This document shows, one piece after another, positions 58,197 to 64,000 of a stretch of DNA of 64,000 nt (the first letter of the stretch is position 1; each line of letters opens with the position of its first letter). The stretch spans positions 53,446,001-53,510,000 of the forward strand of contig NW_024704743.1 of assembly GCF_018977255.1 (NCBI RefSeq), in the 5' to 3' direction. The notes below the pieces were generated by a model that saw only the letters and a list, made by a program, of their open reading frames with translations, ran no database searches and had not been told where the DNA came from. Made by a program: the position numbers and the translations under genes. This stretch comes from Callorhinchus milii. Lineage: Eukaryota.

Positions 58197-59408
58197 TCAG
58201 GCAATACACGGCAAATCCAATGAGTCAAACTTGAGCAGAACAGAGAAGTCTATAAAATGCATCTCATTCCTTCCTCTCAAAATGGTACTTTTTAAAAAAT
58301 AGCTTGCAATAACAATAAACTGACTGACAGACTGCGACAATGCTTAGTCAAAATTTGTTAATTTTAGATGGAAATTAAAAATGTTTTCCCTTATTATTCA
58401 ATTAGCATCCCAGGTCAGGAATAGTACCAATTCAAGGCAGGATACTGAACTGTTAACTTAATTACTAAAGGGGCTGAGTGGAGAAACCGCTCAAACTCAT
58501 TTCATTTTAGATTCTTTGTAGCTCTCAAAGAGGGGAGACTTTCACCTAATCAGTCTGGGCTGAATGCAAATCCAAGTCTCAGAAATAAAAATGCAGAATG
58601 ATTCTCTACCGGCCATTCTGATTTTCTTTATAGCCCTATTTCATTTTTTTTAAAAATGCTTTTTAAAAATCCGAGCCTTTATGTAAGATATATGCACTGG
58701 CACGCAGTGGCAGAAATAAGCATAGCGTTCTAGGAACCGACTCTGTACGGCGATCACTTGTAACACAGCAGCAACATCCATGTTTTTCCTAGCCCAATGT
58801 AGGAAAAGTAACGTTGAAGAGAAGAGGGGCAGCAGGATGAAAAATTCTAATTATATGTTAACTATCACTACCTACCTGTAGTGCTATTTATGAGTCATCA
58901 ACAAAATATTCCTCATATGGATCTGATAATCAAGGGTCAATTTATTCTTTCAGTTTCATAAGTTAAGACATTATCCCCACTCAAAAATATTTTAATCGCC
59001 ACTTGGGCCATCCAGTTATAAAAGAGCCTTCACCTCTGAATGCCCATTTTAACATTCAAAAATACAATTTTCAAACATTTGTTTTTAAAAAAACTATTAC
59101 TTACTCCCTCTACCATACAGAGGTGAGATTTTATGTGAAATCAGAATTGAAGTCAAAATCACAAGTTTCCCAAGTTCTAATGTTGAGCTACTGAAAATAA
59201 CCTTTTTTTTAAAAAAGCAATTGAAACAAAATTGCTGCAACATTCAACAGCTAACCTTAGAAATTCTTGGAAAATAAGTCAGAATAGTAGCGTCACAAGA
59301 AGAAACCTTGAAGGAAACAGGAAATCTCTCTGAATAACAGTTTTAGGCAGCACAAGCAATTTCGACAGACACCATCCTCTGAAGCTCTGCTGCATTTTCC
59401 TCTTTCCT

Positions 59409-59692
59409 TTAGGTTTCGAGTTTCTCTTCATTAGCACCACACGTGTCGACCACACATATAAGACAGCTGGTCACAGGGAAAGCACGGACCTTGGAGTTAG
59501 TTGTCCATTTGTCTACTTCAGTGTTATACTCCAAAATATGGCCCAATCGGCCAACACCCTGGAAACCAGCCAAGACATAGATTATGAAGCCAACTGCTGC
59601 ACATTTAACAGTCACCCCTTTCCAGGGCATCGTTGATACCATTTTCCAGTCATTTGTTTTAATATCATAATATTCTATGGAATCCAGCCCAC
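59409..59692 (-). CDS. KLHL7: KLHL7 last coding exon
   Basis: ttccag|GLDSIEYYDIKTNDWKMVSTMPWKGVTVKCAAVG...CGANEEKLET TAA. Confidence 0.96.
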
Positions 59693-62600
59693 CTGGAACA
59701 AAAATGCACAATGATCAATTACATTTTCTTGCTCAGTACAAATAAATAAATCATCTTTGATAATTAATTCTTGCATTTGATAATAGTGTCTTTCAGGTGG
59801 GGAGAGACTCAATGTTCAACAACATTTACTGTAAAGTTGGGTGGTACAACCTTTTGGCTGCCGTGGGCTGGAATCCCTATTTGAGAAAGGTCTTTGGGCT
59901 GGATTAGTAATATTTTGTGTTTCTCTTCCAGAAACATAATAACATTTACACAGAGTCTTGGCTTGACACTGCCGGCTGGGCACCTGAGCTGGGGGTGGAA
60001 GCAGAGGGAGGTGGGATGGGAGGGGAAAAGATGACTAAAAGTGAGCTCAAAGAATTAAGTCTTGATGTGCCTTAAAAGAGGGGAGGGAGTCGGAGGGACT
60101 CCAAGAATGGAGCTCCAGATATAATGGGGTAAAGTGGCGATGGTGGGGCAAATGGACTGAGGGTGGGGGCATGAAGCAAGCCAGGGGACATGTTTGTTCT
60201 ACAAATGGAACGGCCGGGTTGGGAGGTCGCAGAGGGAGGGTGGGGAGGGGGAAATGAAGGACGTAGAGGAGTTTTTCACTGGGGGAAGGGGGAGCTTTGT
60301 GAGGAAACTGCACGTCACTCCGTCTGTCCTCTCTCACAATCACTCTCTCTTTACCCCTTTGTCAATCACTCTCTCTCAATCTCCCCACCCCCTGCTCACT
60401 CTCTCTCACACACACTCTCTCTCCTCCACTCTCTCCATCACTCTCTCCCCCTCACACTCACTCTCTCAATCCCTCCCTCTCTGAGACGCTACCCTGCGCG
60501 GAGGGCGCTATATAAGTGCAAGTTGCTGTTTCTTTCTCTCCCCTCCCTCACACTCTCTCTCCCCACTTCTCTGTCATTCACTCTCTGCTTCTCTCACGCA
60601 TGCTCTCTCTCTCTATCAGTATCTTTTCCTCTCCCCTCTCTCTCCTCCTCCCTCATTCTCTCTCCCCCTCAGCTGCGCAGTTCACTATCTGCAGTGACAG
60701 GGGCTGATAATTGGTAAGAGATGCGCTTGTTTTCCTGACAAACTGCAATAATGGTCGATATTATTTTCACTCTCTGCACTGCATCTCCCCAAACCCCTGC
60801 TCCTGCCACTGCCCTGGGAGGATGTTTACCAGGGAGGGAGGGAGCAGAAGTTGTAATGTTGGAAATGGTCTTGAGCCGGATAAAGTCACTCGCAGGGCCG
60901 GATGCAACCTGTGGGTCGCCTGTTGGACCACACTGCTGTAAGTGTAGTGGCTTTATAGTCCAGTGATCAAATGTAAACACTAAAAGATTTGCTGAAACAA
61001 CAAATAGTGTTTTGTAACTAACATAACTTTGCCGCAGAAGCACATAGATGGGCCAAATTTATACCATTTTATACCACGACTATATGATACAACCAAGCAA
61101 TGTTACTGTTCCCAGAATGTATGAAAAGAATAATATGTTTGTTTATCTAGGATTCTAGGTCATCTTAACCATCATTAAATTGAAACTTAATTCTCTTCTT
61201 GGTTGAGAGTTGTCGTAAAAAGATAGATGTTGCCTTTTTTGAGACCACTCACAGGGCAATTCCCGCGTATCAATGACGTGACATTCACAATCATTGTTAT
61301 ACAGAGGGTATAAACAAAGCAGACATACCAAGTCCGTTTTGGCCGCCGATAGCATAGATTCTATCATTTACAAACACTAATCCATGGTTCTTTCTGGCCT
61401 CAAGCATTGCTGCAAGTTCTGTCCACCTGTCGGATAATAACAAGAATACAAAATTAACAGGTTGCTTTCCCTCACCAATTATTTCCAATTCATTCAATGC
61501 AACAACAATTAACATTTATAATGGCACCTTTCACATTGGAAGGAAGGCTCAAAGTGCTTCATCCAACTGAATTGTAGTTCTATGTCAGATTTAAGGGGGG
61601 AGGGGGGGTGGAATGAGGACAGGAAACTTCATAGTTGAGTCAATGGTTTTAACAATCATGTCTATTTACATAGCATTCACATATGGCCGGGTACTCTTAT
61701 AAGATTCCTTCTCTCCCTCAACATTGCTTTCCTCACAAACGCACCACATAAGTACATGACGGCACATGACCGGCACATATTCATTCTGCCTTTCCCAAAC
61801 CAATAGTATCTTAATGTGATTGAACATGTTTTTAAAATGCAGAGATTACTCCAGGTTTAAGCAAATCCCTCCTAAACTGTTTCAAGATTTTCTTCTGAAA
61901 ATGTTACCAACCCACATTACATCAGTTGAGCGCACTGCTCATCCACTCATTTAAATTCTCCAATTCTGTGAACACTAGAAACAGCCAAAGTCTAACAATT
62001 GTAGGCTGGTTGAGTTGTGAATGGCTGGCACATAAACTGGTGTATTTCGCTTGTTTGGAAAGGACACATCAAACTCTACCCGATCTCATTATCATAAGCA
62101 TCATGTGCACATACAGTTAGGGAAATACATTTTGTTACAGGGAAAATATACGTTTTAGTAACCAGAGTAACTTTGAAGTGACTACAGTGAGATTCTAGGT
62201 TTTGCAGGTACAGGTACTTACGATTCAGTGGCAGGATTATAAACTTCACAGGAATTCAGGACTCTTCCAGACACGTTGTTTCCTAAACTTCCACCACACA
62301 CATAGATGAGGCCTTTAGCCTCCACCATGCCATGGCTGCATCGAGGGGTCAGCATGCTGGGCTTGGTGTGCCAATTCTCTGTTCTTGTGTCATAGCACTC
62401 AAACAGATACAGGGCAGAATTTCCTAAAGAGAGGAAGAAAAATAAAATCAATGATTTTTTATTAACTAGAATGTAGAAGAATTACAGAACAGTCATCGGG
62501 AACAGGAGACTTTAAGAGCGGTGTCTAATGGGGGAGTGGGAAGGTGTCCCTTGTACGGAGCATTCATTAAACAATGTGGTTATTAACTCACCAACTTCAG

Positions 62601-63587
62601 AGCCTCCGGATGTGTAAATCTTGCCCTCGGCAGCACAGGCAGCAAGGCTGTCTCGAGGGGTGGGTGGGCCCAGCTTGGAGTACCAGCTATCTTTAGCAAC
62701 ATTGTAACAGTCCATCCGCTTGATAGGAAAGAGCTGTGAGCCTCCCAAAATATAAACCACATTGTCCCAGAAGACACAGGCTGCATCCCGACGTTTCTCA
62801 AACGGGCAACGAATGTCTGTCCAAGCATAGTCCTGTGAAGACAATAACATTTCTAACTCACAAAACCACTGTCATTTAGAACTGAAATTTGTGGGTTACG
62901 TCATGGATTTTCACACTTACTTTAGGGTTAAAGTAGCGGCAAGACTGTGGCTGAGACCCACCAAACAATGCAATCCGATAATCATGTTTCTTTTGCCGTG
63001 GTCGGGTACTTTCTCCCAACTCTTCCCTGTCCTCTGGAGACAGAAGATGGTACCGCATCCCACCTACGGACAGAAACACTTACAGATCACATAATATGCA
63101 AAATATAAAGTGAATTCACTTCACAGTATATTCTGTGAAGCGCTTTGAGACGTCTCAAAGACATGATAAGGTGCTATATCAAATGCAAGGATTATTATTA
63201 TTAATATTATTATAACCATAATTCACCTAGCACCATCCCAAGCTAAATGTGTCTGTAAGGGTTTGCAAAGAAAATACAATTTAGTCAAAGTCTCATCTCA
63301 GTAGAGCTCAGGATATCGTATGTTGGGCAAATATTTTGAAGTGACCAAATGCAGAATGTTAGCGCACTGAGTCTACCTGTGATTTAAGAAAAAATAGCAA
63401 TTACATACTTACTGATAACCATTTTGAGACACTCTGGATTGTCCTGTATGAGTGATTCTGCTTGGACAGTTTTACTTAAGAGATTCTTAGAGATGAGGGG
63501 AAATCTGACTTTTGCCAAAATGTCAACCATATACAGCTGTCGATTGGGTTCGTCGTACTTCAGCCACCGGACTGCTGCGTCATACAC
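59409..63587 (-). CDS. KLHL7: KLHL7, kelch-like protein 7; last six coding exons (BACK end and Kelch repeats); 5' part lies beyond the window
   Basis: join(63413..63587,62921..63063,62592..62832,62222..62423,61329..61426,59409..59692); GG/Y/W Kelch motifs, C-terminus RAFPVTSCLICVVDTCGANEEKLET*; upstream of NUP42 as in other vertebrates. Confidence 0.96.
59820..60936. mobile_element. hAT-Charlie-like non-autonomous element with a nested L2 fragment and CT-rich tracts, in the last KLHL7 intron
   Basis: Left end gtggtacaaccttttggctgccgtgggc...gggctggat; right end gagccggataaa...gcagggccggatgc...cgcctgttggaccacactg. Confidence 0.55.
61329..61426 (-). CDS. KLHL7: KLHL7 penultimate exon (Kelch)
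   Basis: cgacag|WTELAAMLEARKNHGLVFVNDRIYAIGGQNGL-G|gtatgt. Confidence 0.96.
62222..62423 (-). CDS. KLHL7: KLHL7 exon (Kelch)
   Basis: ctttag|NSALYLFECYDTRTENWHTKPSMLTPRCSHGMVEAKGLIYVCGGSLGNNVSGRVLNSCEVYNPATE-S|gtaagt. Confidence 0.96.
62592..62832 (-). CDS. KLHL7: KLHL7 exon (Kelch)
   Basis: tcacag|DYAWTDIRCPFEKRRDAACVFWDNVVYILGGSQLFPIKRMDCYNV...KIYTSGGSEV-G|gtgagt. Confidence 0.96.
62921..63063 (-). CDS. KLHL7: KLHL7 exon
   Basis: ccgtag|GMRYHLLSPEDREELGESTRPRQKKHDYRIALFGGSQPQSCRYFNPK|gtaagt. Confidence 0.96.
63413..63587 (-). CDS. KLHL7: KLHL7 exon (BACK domain)
   Basis: catcag|VYDAAVRWLKYDEPNRQLYMVDILAKVRFPLISKNLLSKTVQAESLIQDNPECLKMVI-S|gtaagt. Confidence 0.96.
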
Positions 63588-64000
63588 CTGATGTGGAATG
63601 GAAACAAAGTGCTGCAAATCAGTAAACTTTACACTACATCCAAGTGTCCTCTCACAGTGTCTAAATGTCAGGCTAACTCAGCTGATACCACTCTCACCTC
63701 AGATCAAGATCAAAATTGGGACTTTGAGGGCAGAGTAGATGGACACTCAAATGCAGTTCAGGGGAAGCGCTACATTGCTTGAAGTTCTGTTAAACTGAGG
63801 ACCTGTCTCCTTGTTCAGGTAAACGATTAAAAATCCAGAAAGTAGTTTCTCCCAGGGCATGGCCAACAATCTCCCAAATAAAATTAGTCAATCACTTCAT
63901 GATTGTTTGTGAGGCATTCCTGTGCTCAAAAGGGCTGCTGCATTGACCTACAAATACAGCCACTCCACTTTACAGTAAAATCCTATGAAGTGCTTTGAGA

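Overview
Vertebrate genomic DNA, most likely a cartilaginous fish (possibly a holocephalan); this is inferred from the Deu-domain tRNA-SINEs, L2/CR1 LINEs and protein divergence. The window holds the conserved KLHL7-NUP42(NUPL2)-GPNMB-MALSU1 block, all on the minus strand. I reconstructed complete, phase-consistent GT-AG exon chains for MALSU1 (4 exons, 238 aa), GPNMB (12 exons, 644 aa) and NUP42 (7 exons, 423 aa), plus the last 6 coding exons of KLHL7. Non-coding DNA is dense with SINEs, L2 and CR1 fragments, two hAT remnants, one or two solo LTRs and two large G/C-skewed tandem arrays in first introns. Main observations: (1) this GPNMB carries PMEL-like parts (an extra Thr/Glu hexapeptide-repeat exon, a polybasic site before the kringle-like domain, a PMEL-type Trp in the amyloid-core-homologous motif); (2) a 2.6-kb G-rich array in NUP42 intron 1 shares its unit with the end of exon 1, is stop-free from the real ATG and ends in copies of the exon-1 donor; (3) a solo LTR with TATA, GC and E boxes lies upstream of NUP42; (4) an unclassified dispersed repeat family. 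No database searches were run, so novelty is unverified and comparisons with human proteins are from recalled sequence.
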